A DNA stretch of 64,000 bases from Octopus sinensis (taxonomy: Eukaryota): contig NC_043006.1 of the NCBI RefSeq assembly GCF_006345805.1, forward strand, positions 15,128,001 through 15,192,000, read 5' to 3'. Position numbers and translations under genes: made by a program. Position 1 is the first letter of the stretch. Every line of letters starts with the position of its first letter. A model generated the notes under the pieces. That model searched no databases. It was not told the origin of the DNA and was given only the letters and a program-made list of their open reading frames with translations. Shown here in pieces: positions 1 to 13,279 of this stretch.

Positions 1-231
1 TATGTATGTATGTATGTATGTATGTATGTATGAATGTATGTATGTATGTATGTATGTATGCATGTATGTATGTATGTATGTATGTATGTATGTATGTATG
101 TATGAATGTATGTATGTATGTATGTATGTATTTATGTATGTATGTATGTGTGTATGTATGTACGTATGTATGTATGCATGTATGTATGTATGTATGTATG
201 TATGTATGTATGTATGTATGTATGTATGTAC

Positions 232-262
<31 letters not shown>

Positions 263-550
263 TGTATGTATGTATGTATGTATGTATGAATGTATGTGTG
301 TGTGTATGTATGTATGTATGTATGTATGTATGTATGTATGTATGTATATATGCATGCATGTGTCTATGTATATATATTGTTATGTATGTATGTATGTAGT
401 ATGTATGTATGTATGTGTGTGTGTATGTGTGTATGTATGTACGTACGTTTGTATGTATGTATGTGTATGTATGTATGTGTGTGTGTGTATGTGTGTATGT
501 GTGTGTGTATGTATGTATGTGTGTATGTATGTATGTGTGTATGTATGTAT
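1..550. repeat. (TATG)n microsatellite grading into (TG)n
   Basis: Direct tetranucleotide repeat; source of the spurious MYVC ORFs. Confidence 0.98.
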
Positions 551-559
551 CTATCTATC

Positions 560-875
560 TCTTTTATATTTTGCTTGTTTCAGTCATTGAACTGCGGTCG
601 TGCTGGGGCACTACTTTGAAGGGTTCAATGGAACAAATCGCCTCTAGTATTTATTATTTGAGCCCTGTACTTATTCTATGGGCTTCTTTTGCTGAATAGG
701 AGCTACAGAGGCGTAAACAAACCAACTCAGTTTGTCAAGCGGTGGTGGGTATAAACGCAATGAGAAAGACACACACACATATATAATCGACGGGCTTCTT
801 TCAGTTTCCGTCTACCAAATCCACTCACAAGGCTTTAGACGGCCCGAGGCTATAGCAGAAGACACTTGTCCAAGG
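560..875 (-). mobile_element. SINE family B, 5'-truncated copy
   Basis: Reverse complement of the tail ggcggtgctccagcatggccgcagtcaaatgactgaaacaag and of the central ccttgggcaagtgtcttc segment seen in full copies at 34114 and 61546. Confidence 0.85.
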
Positions 876-890
876 TTTTACACATATATA

Positions 891-1306
891 AGGCACCGAG
901 CTGGCAGAACCGTTAGCACGCCGGGCGAAATGCGTAGCCGTATTTCGTCTGCTGTTACGTTCTGAGTTCAAATTCCGCCGAGGTCGACTTTGCCTTTCAT
1001 CATTTCGAGGTCGATTAAATAAGTACCAGTTACGCACTGGGGTCGATATAATTGACTTGATCCGTTTGTCTGTCCTTATTTGTCCTCTCTGTGTTTAGCC
1101 CCTTGTGGGTAGTAAAGAAATAGGTATTTCGTCTGCCGCTGCGTTCTGAGTTCAAATTCCACCGAGGTCGACTTTGCCTTTCATCCTTTCGAGGTCGATT
1201 AAATAAATACCAGTTACGCACTGGGGTTGATATAATTGACTTAATCCGTTTGTGTGTCCTTGTTTGTCCTCTCTGTGTTTAGCCCCTTGTGGGCAATAAA
1301 GAAATA
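891..1306 (+). mobile_element. SINE family C, dimeric copy
   Basis: Head gagctggcagaaccgttagcacgccgggcgaaatgc; body gttctgagttcaaattccgccgaggtcgactttgcc present twice; ends gggcaataaagaaatag. Confidence 0.9.
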
Positions 1307-1597
1307 GGCATTACACATAGGGCCTGAACACCGAAACCATTGAATATTCTACAAAAAAGGAAAGTTCAAAATTAAGTTCATATTACTATTTCTTTAAGAA
1401 TATCCTATAATCATTCAAATATCCACTACATGTAACCCTAGAAAATTATATTATTACACTTCAGTGGAAATATCGAATTGTGCAATCTCCGAAAGAAATT
1501 AGAATGCATCACAACAGATACTATGATACGTCTGTTTAGCAAGGAGTTTGCTCCCTTTATCTTTTATCGCTTCAAAATTATGCATGCGATATATACT

Positions 1598-1990
1598 CTT
1601 TTATTATTTTATTCTTTAACTTGTTTCAGTGATTTGACTGCGGCTATGCTGGAGCACTGCCTTTAGTCGAACAAAAAGACCCCCCAAGACCTATTCTTTG
1701 TAAGCCTGGTACTTATTCTATCGGTTCTTTTGCCGAGCCATTAAGTTACGAGGACATCGGTTGCCAATAGATATTGGCGGACACACACACACACACACAC
1801 GTACACACGCACACACGCACACACACACACACGTACACACACACGCACACACACACACACACACGCACACGTATACACACACACGCATATGCATACGACG
1901 GGCTTCTTCCAGTTTCCGTCTACCAAATCCACTGACAAGGCTTTGGTCGGCTCGAGGCTATAGTAGAAGACACTTGTCCAAGGTGTCACA
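1598..1990 (-). mobile_element. SINE family B, 5'-truncated copy
   Basis: Same tail and central block as other family B copies, with an internal (CA)n tract. Confidence 0.85.
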
Positions 1991-2429
1991 CGTATTATTA
2001 TTGTAAAAATTCAAAGTCTTACGGCTGTTTCTGGGATATCTTCGAGTATGGGATATTCCGTCATCAGAGACAAATAAGGAAAAAAATAGGGAAAATGAGA
2101 ATGGTATATATTAATGAGATGACAACATAAAAGAAGGGAGTAAAAGAAGAAGAAGATGGAAAGAAAGAAGAAAAAAAGAAGCATAAAAGTTCATAGTTCA
2201 ACTTTCGGAAGTTATAGAAACAAGAGCATGAGTCCTTAGGTGCAATCCCGCGTAGATCCATGAGCGTAAGTCTTTAGGTGCAACCCTATATGTATGTATG
2301 TATATAATGGCTATCCATTCGTGACCAAAGAAGATCATTACTAACCATTGTCCATGCAAAATGCATGCAATGTGCATGCATAAGGTTATTACACCAGCAG
2401 TCGGCTCTTCTGTACCTGTGATAGATACA

Positions 2430-3070
2430 TTCCACCTAGAAGGATATACCTTTGCTATCCAGAAACAAGAGATAGCTTGTAAATAGCTGATAAACACTGC
2501 TATACCAGTGTGGAAGATATCACACACGTTATCATCAGCTGCCCTCATATGTCTATGAGATATTACCACTCTCTGAGGGCAAGGGCTACCTAGAACGGTA
2601 TCTGCACAAAGTATTGCCCTGATTTATACATGAAAGACATGTCAGAACCACCATATATTCACACCTTTAAAAACAAGGAATACTAGTTAAACACGCCAAT
2701 AAAAAAGAAAGAAAAAAAGAAGGAAAAACAGCAATTCGGTGCAAACATAAAAAACTTGATATTGTTCTGTGAGACAGGAAACAAAAGTCATGTACTGTTG
2801 TAGAAATCAGCTGCCCAGCAGATGCGGATGTACTATCAAAAGTCCTGGGAACAGAGAACATTTATGGTGGATTAATTCGGAACCTATAGTTCTTATACCC
2901 TGACTATAAATTCTTATTTGTACCTATTATCATAAGTGTATCAGGCTATGTACCTACAAATCTACACAAAAACCCCGAAACACTAGGTTTTTCGATGAAA
3001 CATCAAAAGAAACTGACGCACATTCTCAAAATCCAATCTTGTCGTTTTGATAGCAACCAGTTTGGACTCT
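2430..3070 (+). pseudogene. Decayed restriction-like-endonuclease (RLE) non-LTR retrotransposon fragment (R4/NeSL-like C-terminus)
   Basis: Hand translation gives EGYTFAIQKQEI, EDITHVIISCPHMS (CCHC knuckle half), DIVL.DRKQKSCTVVEISCPAD and LYPDYKFLFVPIII; contains stops and frameshifts. Confidence 0.7.
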
Positions 3071-3240
3071 CTTAAGAAGAACTTGAATAAAACATACATA
3101 CATAATGCATATATACCAATATACATACATAGACACATGCATGCATACATACATACACACATGCATGCATACATACATACATACATACATACATACATAC
3201 ATACATACATACATACATACATACATACATTACTGGAGCA

Positions 3241-3408
3241 ACTGGCCCGATAACTGAAGAGATGCCGGCGTGGGTTTCCGCCGCAACATCCGAAACTCGG
3301 AGTTTTTTCATGGCTACTGAATAATTGTCATATTATATTTACAGGTAAATTCCTATATTTACATAATATCGAGGTCTCTTTCATTCTTTTGTTGTCTTAC
3401 CATTTCTA
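3241..3408 (+). mobile_element. PLE pseudo-LTR-like repeat, second copy at 61249-61420
   Basis: About 170 bp clearly alignable with 61249-61420, which lies downstream of a GIY-YIG PLE; contains a hammerhead-like motif. Confidence 0.65.
3249..3309 (+). ncRNA. Type I hammerhead ribozyme-like motif, core CUGAAGA
   Basis: GATAA-CTGAAGA-GATG...CATC-C-GAAA-CTCGGAG-TT-TTTTC; one extra C before GAAA and one stem I mismatch. Confidence 0.55.
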
Positions 3409-3409
3409 T

Positions 3410-3514
<105 letters not shown>

Positions 3515-3683
3515 TTAATAAGGGTGAGAGAATTAGATACTAATTTAATAGTATATCTATTCAACCCTGTTCGTGTGAGCTAACAATCGTACTGATTTTC
3601 ATGGGAAACATGTATTTTTGTGGTTGAAACCTATTGGATCTATTACTAGTGCTAGAGTGAGCCATATAGTGGCCACTCTCTTA

Positions 3684-3747
<64 letters not shown>

Positions 3748-3748
<1 letters not shown>

Positions 3749-4048
3749 ACAATTGCAGCGTGGAAGGTGTTTGTAAGCCATTTAAGAAACACACAAAAGC
3801 CGTTCGATTCACTTCAACATTTAAGTTTAATTTGTCAAAATATTTTCGTCGCTTTAAGACTGCGACCTGTTCACTGACAAAGTCCGTGCTGCATTTCAGA
3901 GATGCAGCACGGATTTTTGTCAGTGAACAGGTCGCGGATTTTAGCGACGAAAATATTTTGACAAATTAAACTTAAATGTTGAAGTGAATCGAACGGCTTT
4001 TGTGTGTTTCTTAAATGGCTTACAAACACCTTCCACGCTGCAATTGTT
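3748..4048. repeat. Near-perfect 300 bp palindrome (about 146 bp arms)
   Basis: aacaattgcagcgtggaagg...gtccgtgctgcat-ttcagag-atgcagcacgga...ccttccacgctgcaattgtt. Confidence 0.95.
3916..3965 (+). ncRNA. Minimal type I hammerhead-like motif with G3-C8 core; mirror copy at 3831-3881 on the minus strand
   Basis: TTTGTCA-GTGAACA-G-GTCGC(ggatttta)GCGAC-GAAA-ATATT-T-TGACAAA: 7 bp stem I, 5 bp stem II, palindromic stem III AAUAUU. Confidence 0.55.
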
Positions 4049-4087
4049 TTCGTTCCAGCACACGATCTCAGATCAAATCACTTGCTA

Positions 4088-4685
<598 letters not shown>

Positions 4686-5218
4686 CAAAAAATTACAGAA
4701 AATGACGCTTGCTTTGAGTATTTCCCGACAGTGTCGAACGCGAAATTATGGGAGAGCCTGGGAACCTATGAAATCCCATAGCTATGAGTGCGTTTATTTT
4801 TAAATTCCATTTGATATATTCGTGTAATAAGAAACTTGATAATCTTTTTCACATATCGCTTATCTGCTCTAAATAACAAACTAAATAAAAGGGTTATGCC
4901 AACTTCAAAGAAGAAAGAGAATATTATGCAAAAGGCAGATCAAGAACCTCTAGAACAAAAAATGAGGGCAAAGAAAAGAGAAAACGAGAAATATATAAAA
5001 ACGGGGTTAACAAACAGTGTTAGAGTTATTTCCCTTTATTCAAAATTTTAAAAAGTTGGGTTGAAATTATCTCCCTTCAATAAAGGAACTTTCCCGTAAT
5101 TTCCTGCGATGATTGACTGTTCATTAGTGTTTAAAATAACAATGATTAATTAGTAAATGGGAATATGTTTTGCATGGCATGCAAGTTATTAATTACCATA
5201 TTAAAAATTGCAACCACG

Positions 5219-5730
5219 CCGGCTAGCTGGTAGAATTGTTAGCACACCGGGCGAAGTGCGTAGCCGTATTTCGTCTGCCGTTACGTTCTAAGTTCAAATT
5301 CCGCCGAGGTCGACTTTGCCTTTCATCTTTTCGGGGTCAATTAAATAAGTACCAGTTACGCACTGGGGTCGATATGATCGACTTAATCCCTTTGTCGGTC
5401 CTTGTTTGTCCCTTCTGTGTTTGGCTCCTTGTGGGTAGTAAAGAAATAAGTATTTCGGCCTTTGCGTTCTGAGTTCAAATTCCGCTGAGGTCGACTTTGC
5501 CTTTCGTCCTTTCGGGGTTTGACAAATTAAATACCAGTTGCGTACTTCGGTCAATCTAACCGACTGCCCCCACCTCCCTCAAAATTTCGGGCCTTGTGCC
5601 TAGAGTAGAAAAGAATCGTTAGCACGCCGGACAAAATGCTTAGCGGCATTTCTTCCCGCTTTACATACCGAGTTCAAACTCCACTGACGTGAAATTTGCC
5701 TTTCATCGTTTCGAACTAATAAAACAAGTT
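5219..5730 (+). mobile_element. SINE family C dimer plus an adjacent decayed partial copy
   Basis: Body repeated after gtagtaaagaaataag; alternative tail gggccttgtgcctagagtagaaaagaat. Confidence 0.85.
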
Positions 5731-5929
5731 ACCTGTCGAGATAAGTCATAGAATTCAGCCTTGTGTCTACAGCAGAAAGAACATTAAATGCCACCACATA
5801 TTTGAGCCAAGAATAAATATAGACAATTAGTTTCAATAAGCAGTTCATACAATTAATTTTTTTTTCTGGCGACGCCTGTCTTTGTGTTAGGTAACATGTT
5901 AATTTTGGAGAATTCTTGATTCTTGAGAT

Positions 5930-6684
5930 CACTAGTCGTTTTCTGTAAGGAAGTCGTAGATCATCTGCGATTTGCTCCTGATCTCGACAGCGGTGTTAAA
6001 ACGGTGACTTTTAAGCTGCATTTTCATTTTGGGGAAGAGATAGAAGTCCGCAGGTGTTAAATCTGGTGAATAGGGCGAGTGCAGAAGCGATACCATGTTG
6101 TTTTTGTAGAGAAACTCACGAGTGAAGATAGTTCGGTGAAGAACCCAATTCTTTGTGCTCCACAGATCCGGGAACTTTCGCCGAATGTCATCCCTCAAAC
6201 GCTTCAAAACATTGCAGTAGAACTCTCGATTGACTGTCTGGCCTTGGGGGACGAATTCTAGATGCATAATACCACATTTGCAGGGGCGACGCTTGTGGCA
6301 GATCTTCCAGATCACTCCTCGTCTTCCAGAGGGATTCTCCTAATTTTGAAGCGCCTTTGTCACTCCAAACATTACATATGATCCATTGCCTTGTCACCGT
6401 AAGCTTGCCGAAGCATGCTCAATGTCTCTGTAGCAGACTTATCAAGTTTAAAGCAAAATTTCACGTTGGCTCTTTGTTCCTGTCCATAACGAAAATCGCT
6501 GACCACAGCATACATGGGATCACAAAAACACAAATTTCGCAACTTGCGAAGTAAACACAATGATGCCACTCGGCACACTACCTCATGAAGGTCACTGCTA
6601 ATTGTCACTGCGCACACAACCGTGTGCTGCAATCTGTTGGCACGCTGCAGAACTAGTCAGGGGACTTTTTGATACCACATCGTA
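5930..6684 (-). mobile_element. Mariner transposon remnant, internally deleted
   Basis: ORF peptides EQRANVKFCFKLDKSATETLSMLRQAYGD, GIMHLEFVPQGQTVNREFY and HSPYSPDLTPADFYLF; TIR-like end ggactttttgataccacatcgta. Confidence 0.92.
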
Positions 6685-7165
6685 TCTTCCATTGATTCTT
6701 GAGAATATCTCCCTTTCTCATACAGAGCTGAAGTTAATTGCCATTTGGTAATTATGATATCGTCTGCAGACGGATATAATTTTATTAAATCACGAATTTA
6801 TGTTGTATGGCACTTGATATATCTGTATTTGTCCATGTTATTCATATACATGTCACTAGCCACTGTGCTACATCTCTTAGCTCAATGTTGTTTAAATTAT
6901 GCAAATTAACTAGGCCATAGATGTGTCATCTTTTTGAAGCAAATTGTTTTCGTATTTGAATAGTTCAAACAAATTATATATGAAAAGCGTTTATTCATCA
7001 GAACATGTTCCATCATATTCAACTGTCTGCTACCACCGTTCTGCCAGTAGCTCAATTCCACGCTTATATCATTTGATTAGCTTAGAGGCAAAAAATATCC
7101 TTGCACCCGCTTACAACCTGATCCATAACACTGAATCCCCGTTCGCACAGGAAATAAATCACGGC

Positions 7166-8096
7166 TTAGGAAAGGTGGTAACCTGATGATGCAAGATCTG
7201 GGCTGCGGGGAGGATGAGGCTGCACTTCTAGCCCTTCAAACTCCTCAAGTTTGTCCCTGTTTACATAGGTTGTCTGTGCTGGAGCATCGTCATGTAAGAG
7301 TGTACGTCTGCCATTGTCTAATGATAGCTGGAGGTCTTTTAAAGCATCACATATCAACAGCAGCTGTTGAGCATGAAAGTTAGCGTTCTCAGCATGACCA
7401 TCTGGGAAAGGTTCAAAGCGAAACACCTCTTTTGAAATTCCACCAAACACGCAACATGACTTTCTATTCAAACTGCTTTTTGTTTGACAATAGGTTCCGG
7501 AGCCATCCCCGCTTGCAATTCGACGCCAAAAACGGGGATGTTGAAGAATCACTGGCAGCTGTCTGTAAATATTCAATGGTCGTTGAGCCTGATCATCGGG
7601 TTTGTCTCGAAGAACTTCCCGACAACATTTGTTCTTCACAAGTCCGAGTTTATAGAGGTATCGATTGACGATGCTTTCTGAGAGGACCAGGTTCTTCAGA
7701 CACTGTACAAGTGTTTGTACTTGGCTCTTGCTCAGCCTTTTCAAGCAAGTCCTCATCTTTCACAGTAGAAGATACCCACCACCTTGGTTTGCCTTTGCGG
7801 CTGGGGTCAACTTCTTTGAAACATCTGAAATAGTTTTGTGACAGTTCCTTGACCTTCCACATCAGTCATTTCTTTTGCCGCTGCCCTTGCAGTCAGTTCT
7901 ATTTTTTTCTCCACAGGTAGCGTAAATTGCCTCCAATTGCATTTTTCACCTCTTATCATAGTAGTAAAATAAAGAATAAACAATTTAGCAACGATTGGAC
8001 TACAAAATATATCGAATTCATATAATAGCATGGAGATACAAGTTGCCAAAAATTCATCAGTGAAAATCCGGAAAAGACTTTTAACTCAACCTAGTA
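7166..8096 (-). mobile_element. Second mariner remnant from a different subfamily
   Basis: Peptides LLHDDAPA and PHPPRSPDLASSGYHL; TIR-like end ttttaactcaacctagta. Confidence 0.88.
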
Positions 8097-8589
8097 TATG
8101 CTCAAGTGCCTTGGCTGCTGGAGCACATACCAGGATGGCCAATTGTTGAGCTGGTGACACCTACTGGGACATAAACACGGGTCCACGATTGTCTTCGTGT
8201 CTGCATATAACAAGTCTGTTATTCAGTTCTCTTTCTGGCGATTACCTCCCCTTTCTCATATGGCGCTTATCTTTGCCATTTGAAAATTATGATACACCAT
8301 CTGGAGGCGGAGACAATTAAACAAATAATTAAAATTTTACGTTGTACAGTATTTGATATACCTGTATTTGCGTATGTTGTATAATGATACTATTTGGCTA
8401 AGTGAGTTAAATAGACTGTAATTGCTTCTGTAATTAATGTACATTAATGGAGTGGACGTAAGTACATTGTGGTTGTTTCGTTAATCACAGAGTTGAATGC
8501 TACACAAAGCTGATTCTTCAAAACCAAAATAATGATGCCAGACTTTTGATATGTATAGATTCTAAACAAGCTAATTAGATGATATTTGG

Positions 8590-9800
8590 CGTGTATGTGC
8601 ATGTGCGTGAGTGTGTGCGTATGTGTGCATTTACGTGTGAATCGTGTGTCTGTGTGTGCGTATGAGTGTATATAGGTGTGCATAGGTACGTGTGTGTGTG
8701 AATGTGTTTTGTGCGTGTGTGCGTGTGTATGTGTGTATGTGTGTGCGTATGTGTGCATTTACGTGTGAATGCATGTGTCTGTGTGTGCGTATGAGTGTAT
8801 ATAGGTGTGCACAGGTACGTGTGTGTGTGAATGTGTTTGTGCGTGTGTGTGCGTGTGTATGTGTGTATGTGTGTGCGTATGTGTGCATTTACGTGTGAAT
8901 CGTGTGTCTGTGTGTGCGTATGAGTGTATATAGGTGTGCATAGGTACGTGTGTGTGTGAATGTGTTTTGTGCGTGTGTGCGTGTGTATGTGTGTATGTGT
9001 GTGCGTATGTGTGCATTTACGTGTGAATCGTGTGTCTGTGTGTGCGTATGAGTGTATATAGGTGTGCACAGGTACGTGTGTGTGTGAATGTGTTTGTGCG
9101 TGTGTGTGCGTGTGTATGTGTGTATGTGTGTGCGTATGTGTGCATTTACGTGTGAATGCATGTATCTGTGTGTGCGTATGAGTGTATATAGGTGTGCACA
9201 GGTACGTGTGTGTGTGAATGTGTTTTGTGCGTGTGTGCGTGTGTATGTGTGCATGTGTGTGCGTATGTGTGCATTTACGTGTGAATCGTGTGTCTGTGTG
9301 TGCGTATGAGTGTATATAGGTGTGCACAGGTACGTGTGTGTGTGAATGTGTTTGTGCGTGTGTGCGTGTGTATGTGTGTATGTGTGTGCGTATGTGTGCA
9401 TTTACGTGTGAATCGTGTGTCTGTGTGTGCGTATGAGTGTATATAGGTGTGCACAGGTACGTGTGTGTGTGAATGTGTTTGTGCGTGTGTGTGCGTGTGT
9501 ATGTGTGTATGTGTGTGCGTATGTGTGCATTTACGTGTGAATGCATGTATCTGTGTGTGCGTATGAGTGTATATAGGTGTGCACAGGTACGTGTGTGTGT
9601 GAATGTGTTTTGTGCGTGTGTGCGTGTGTATGTGTGCATGTGTGTGCGTATGTGTGCATTTACGTGTGAATCGTGTGTCTGTGTGTGCGTATGAGTGTAT
9701 ATAGGTGTGCACAGGTACGTGTGTGTGTGAATGTGTTTGTGCGTGTGTGCGTGTGTATGTGTGCATGTGTGTGCGTATGTGTGCATTTACGTGTGAATGC
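8590..9800. repeat. About 128 bp (TG)-rich minisatellite, about 9.5 units, with higher-order structure
   Basis: Unit gtgtgcatttacgtgtgaat...gagtgtatataggtgtgcacaggtac recurs about every 128-129 bp. Confidence 0.95.
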
Positions 9801-9957
9801 ATGTGTGTGCGTGTCTTCGTGTATTCACGTATGTGTGAGCCTGTGTCTTTTACGTGTGCGTGCGTGTGCATATGCGACAATGTATGCCTATGTGTGCACG
9901 TTTGTTGTTTGTGCGTGTGTGCGCGTGTGTGCGCGTGCATGTGTTTTTGCGTGTGCT

Positions 9958-9999
<42 letters not shown>

Positions 10000-10021
10000 T
10001 GCATGTGTTTTTGCGTGTGCT

Positions 10022-10067
<46 letters not shown>

Positions 10068-10560
10068 TGCATGTGTTTTTGCGTGTGCTTGTGAGTGTGT
10101 GTGTGTGTGTGTGTGTGTGCGTGTGTGTGTGCGTGTGGTTGCATGCGCGCGAACGTGTTTGCGTGTGCGTGTGCGTGCATATGTGAGTATGTTTGCCAGC
10201 GTTGTGTCTACACGGGCATGTATGTGTTTGTGCGTGTGTGTGTGTGCGCGCGTGAGTGCATGTGTTTGTGCACGTGACTGCGTGTGGTGTGGTGGTGTTG
10301 GCGGTAGTGATGTTAGTGGTAGTGGTGTATGCGTGTGTGCGTCACGTGTTCAGGTGTGCATGTGTGTGTGTGTGTCCGCCTTTCATTGTCCATGAGTGTG
10401 AGTGTGAGTATGTGTGTGGAATCCATGTATGTGTGTGCGAACCCGTGTAGTCCATGTATGTGTGTGCGCGCGTGTGTATGTACACGTTTGTGTGTGTATG
10501 CGTGCATATGTGTGCACGCGTGTATATGTGTGTGCACGCGTGTATATGTGTGTGTGTGCG
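9800..10560. repeat. Degenerate (TG)n/(GC) low-complexity tract
   Basis: Direct simple repeats. Confidence 0.9.
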
Positions 10561-10711
10561 TGCATTACTCATTGGAAAGAGTATCACTAACCACAAAGCA
10601 AGAGAAATCCTGGCGGACAGCCTACTAACGTACACCAACAGTAATTTAGTCCGCGGACTAAAAATTAACCATCAAGGTAGATAACTCTAAAAGTAGTAAG
10701 GAATAAATAAA

Positions 10712-11440
10712 TAAAAATAAACGCGCCTTTTTAAAGCCTAGCCAGGCTCATGGGCCCGTTTTCCCGGTTTCTATGGCGTATGTGTTCCCCAGCTGGATGA
10801 GACGCCAGTCCATCGCAGCATTATTCAATTTTGTCAGCTGAGTGGACTGGAGCAACATGAAAATGAAGTGTTTTGCTCAAGAACACAATGCATCGCCCAG
10901 TCCAGGAATCGAAACCACAATCTTACGATCATGATGTTGACACCCTAACCACCAAGCCACGCGCCGCCACTAAATAAATGCGCCCTTTTAAAGCCCAGCC
11001 AGGCTCATGGGTCCGGTTTCCCGGTTTCTATGGCGTATGTTTTCCCCAGCTGGGCGGAACGCCAGTCCATCGCAGCATACTCAATTTTGCCAGCTGAGTG
11101 GACTGAAATGAAGTGTTTTGCTCAAGAACACAATGCATCGCCTGATCCAGGAATCGAAACCACAATCTTACGATCATGATGTTGACACCCTAACCACCAA
11201 GCCACGCGCCGCCACTAAATAAATGCGCCCTTTTAAAGCCCAGCCAGGCTCATGGACCCGGTTTCCCGGTTTCTATGGCGTATGTTTTCCCCAGCTGGGC
11301 GGGACTCCAGTCCATCGCACCGTTACTCAATTTTGCCAGCTGAGTGGACTGAAATGAAGTGTTTTGCTCAAGAACACAATGCATCGCCTGATCCAGGAAT
11401 CGAAACCACAATCTTACGATCATGATGCTGACACCCTAAC
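10712..11440 (-). mobile_element. SINE family D, three tandem copies of about 245 bp
   Basis: tRNA-like head (reverse complement gtggcggcgcgtggcttggtggttaggg) and central ctgcgatggactggcgt block, repeated three times. Confidence 0.9.
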
Positions 11441-11761
11441 TAAGATTTAAAAAATGAGCGTTAAAACGTATACAAGGTTAAATGAATACAACTAGACTAT
11501 TATTACTGCATGACGTATAGAGGTAATTCTAAGTCTAATGAGTATCTGGTGATTAAGGTAGAATCTTAATATCATTACTTTTGTGGGAAACTCGCAGCCC
11601 CCGAGACTTTCTGAATGGTATGCCTAACGAAATATTACCTTCATTGATCTTTTCGTAGTGCTGTCCGCCTGACCGGGTTATGCGTTGTGTTCTTGAGCAA
11701 GACACTTTATTTCACGTTACTTCAGTTCATTCATCGGTAGAAATGAGAAAATGTAGAAAAA

Positions 11762-12180
11762 AGGCGGCGAGCTGGCAGAAACGTTAGCACAGCGGGCGAA
11801 ATGCTTAGCGGTATTTCGTCTGTCTTTACGTTCTGAGTTCAAATTCCGTCGAGGTCGATTTTGCCTTTCATCCTTTCGGGGTCAATAAATTAAGTACCAG
11901 TTACGCACTGGGGTCGATATGATCGGCTTAATCCGTGTGTCTGTCCTTGTTTGTCCCCTCTGTGTTTAGTCCCTTGTGGGTAGTAAAGAAATAGGTATTT
12001 CGTCTGTCTTAACGTTCTGACTTCAAATTCCGTCGAGGTCGACTTTGCCTTTCATCCTTTCGGGGTCGATTAAATAAGTACCAGTTACGCACTGGAGTCG
12101 ATATAATCGACTTAATCCGTTTGTCTGTCCTTGTTTGTCCCCTCTATGTTTAGCACCTTGTGGGTCGTAAAGAAATAAGA
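11762..12180 (+). mobile_element. SINE family C, dimeric copy
   Basis: aggcggcgagctggcagaaacg head; body restarts at gtatttcgtctg. Confidence 0.9.
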
Positions 12181-13072
12181 AATGCGTTGTGATGTCACTG
12201 GTGGCATAGAGAGGGGAGACTGGTATGCATGGGCAACTGCTGGTCTTCCATAAAGAACCTTGCCTGGACTTGTACCTCGGAGGGTAGCTTTCTAGGTGCA
12301 ATCCCATGGTCATTCAGCGGGGCCACAACTTTACCTGTTCGCCTGATGACAAGCCATGTCTCATGCAGCTCGCTTCTCGGAAAAGGTTGCTCATGCCTGG
12401 TTCAAATGCTGCTTTACTAATGAGAGATCAATTATAAGCCAGTGGCTCCAAACATTTTCGGGCTGCTAGCTCTCCCCACCACTCATCACCACAAATATAG
12501 ACCCCTTTCTGCGGCAAATTCAAAACAATTGTATTTCACAAATAACACTTAACCTGATTAACCCATTATTTTGAGTTTTTATTTTACATCTATCGCCCCC
12601 TTTCGACCAGCCCCTTATCCCGTCGTCGTGTTAACGATTCTGCTAGGTTGTTGCCTTAAAAAACAAACAATAATGTTTCTTTTTAATACAGGTAATAAGC
12701 CTAAAATTTTGGGCGGGTTTTAGCCGATTAGGTTGACCCCAATTTTTCACTGGTACTTTATTTTATTGACACCAGAAGGGATGGAAAAAACTGACCTCGG
12801 CGAAACTTGAACTCAGAATGAACCGGGAGAAATTCCACTTAGCATTTTGTCCGGCGTGGTTACAATTCTGCTAGTTCGTTGCTTCTTGTAATACCTATGT
12901 TCAAAGTTATCATCAGTAGATGGTATAAGTGGTCGCTGCCTTAAATCGAACCCGGACTGTTCAAAATAAAAATAAAGATTCTTTCAGCTTGACGCCTTAC
13001 TACTACTACTACTACTACTACTACTACAACTACTACTACTATCAGCCAATTTCAAAGACACACAAACACACG

Positions 13073-13124
<52 letters not shown>

Positions 13125-13279
13125 AATCGGAAAATGTGTGAGATCCTTGGTACAGTTTGGTATATTTGGAAAAAGAAAAAGAATGACTTCACTGGAAGTT
13201 CTAATCAGTTTAAGTTTTAATAATATAATTTTACAGTTTGGTTTGTAGATCTCTGGGGAGGTTTTTTAAAGATACATCA

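Noticed and set aside
2-619. Long ORFs of MYVC, HTHT or IYIY type here and throughout (for example 8575-9786, 9275-10180, 41371-41748, 44442-45043)
   Set aside because: Stop-free frames produced by microsatellites; no protein signal
6700-8330. About 70 bp similarity between 6705-6785 and 8245-8325
   Set aside because: Short, diverged and AT-rich; cannot be distinguished from an old repeat fragment by eye
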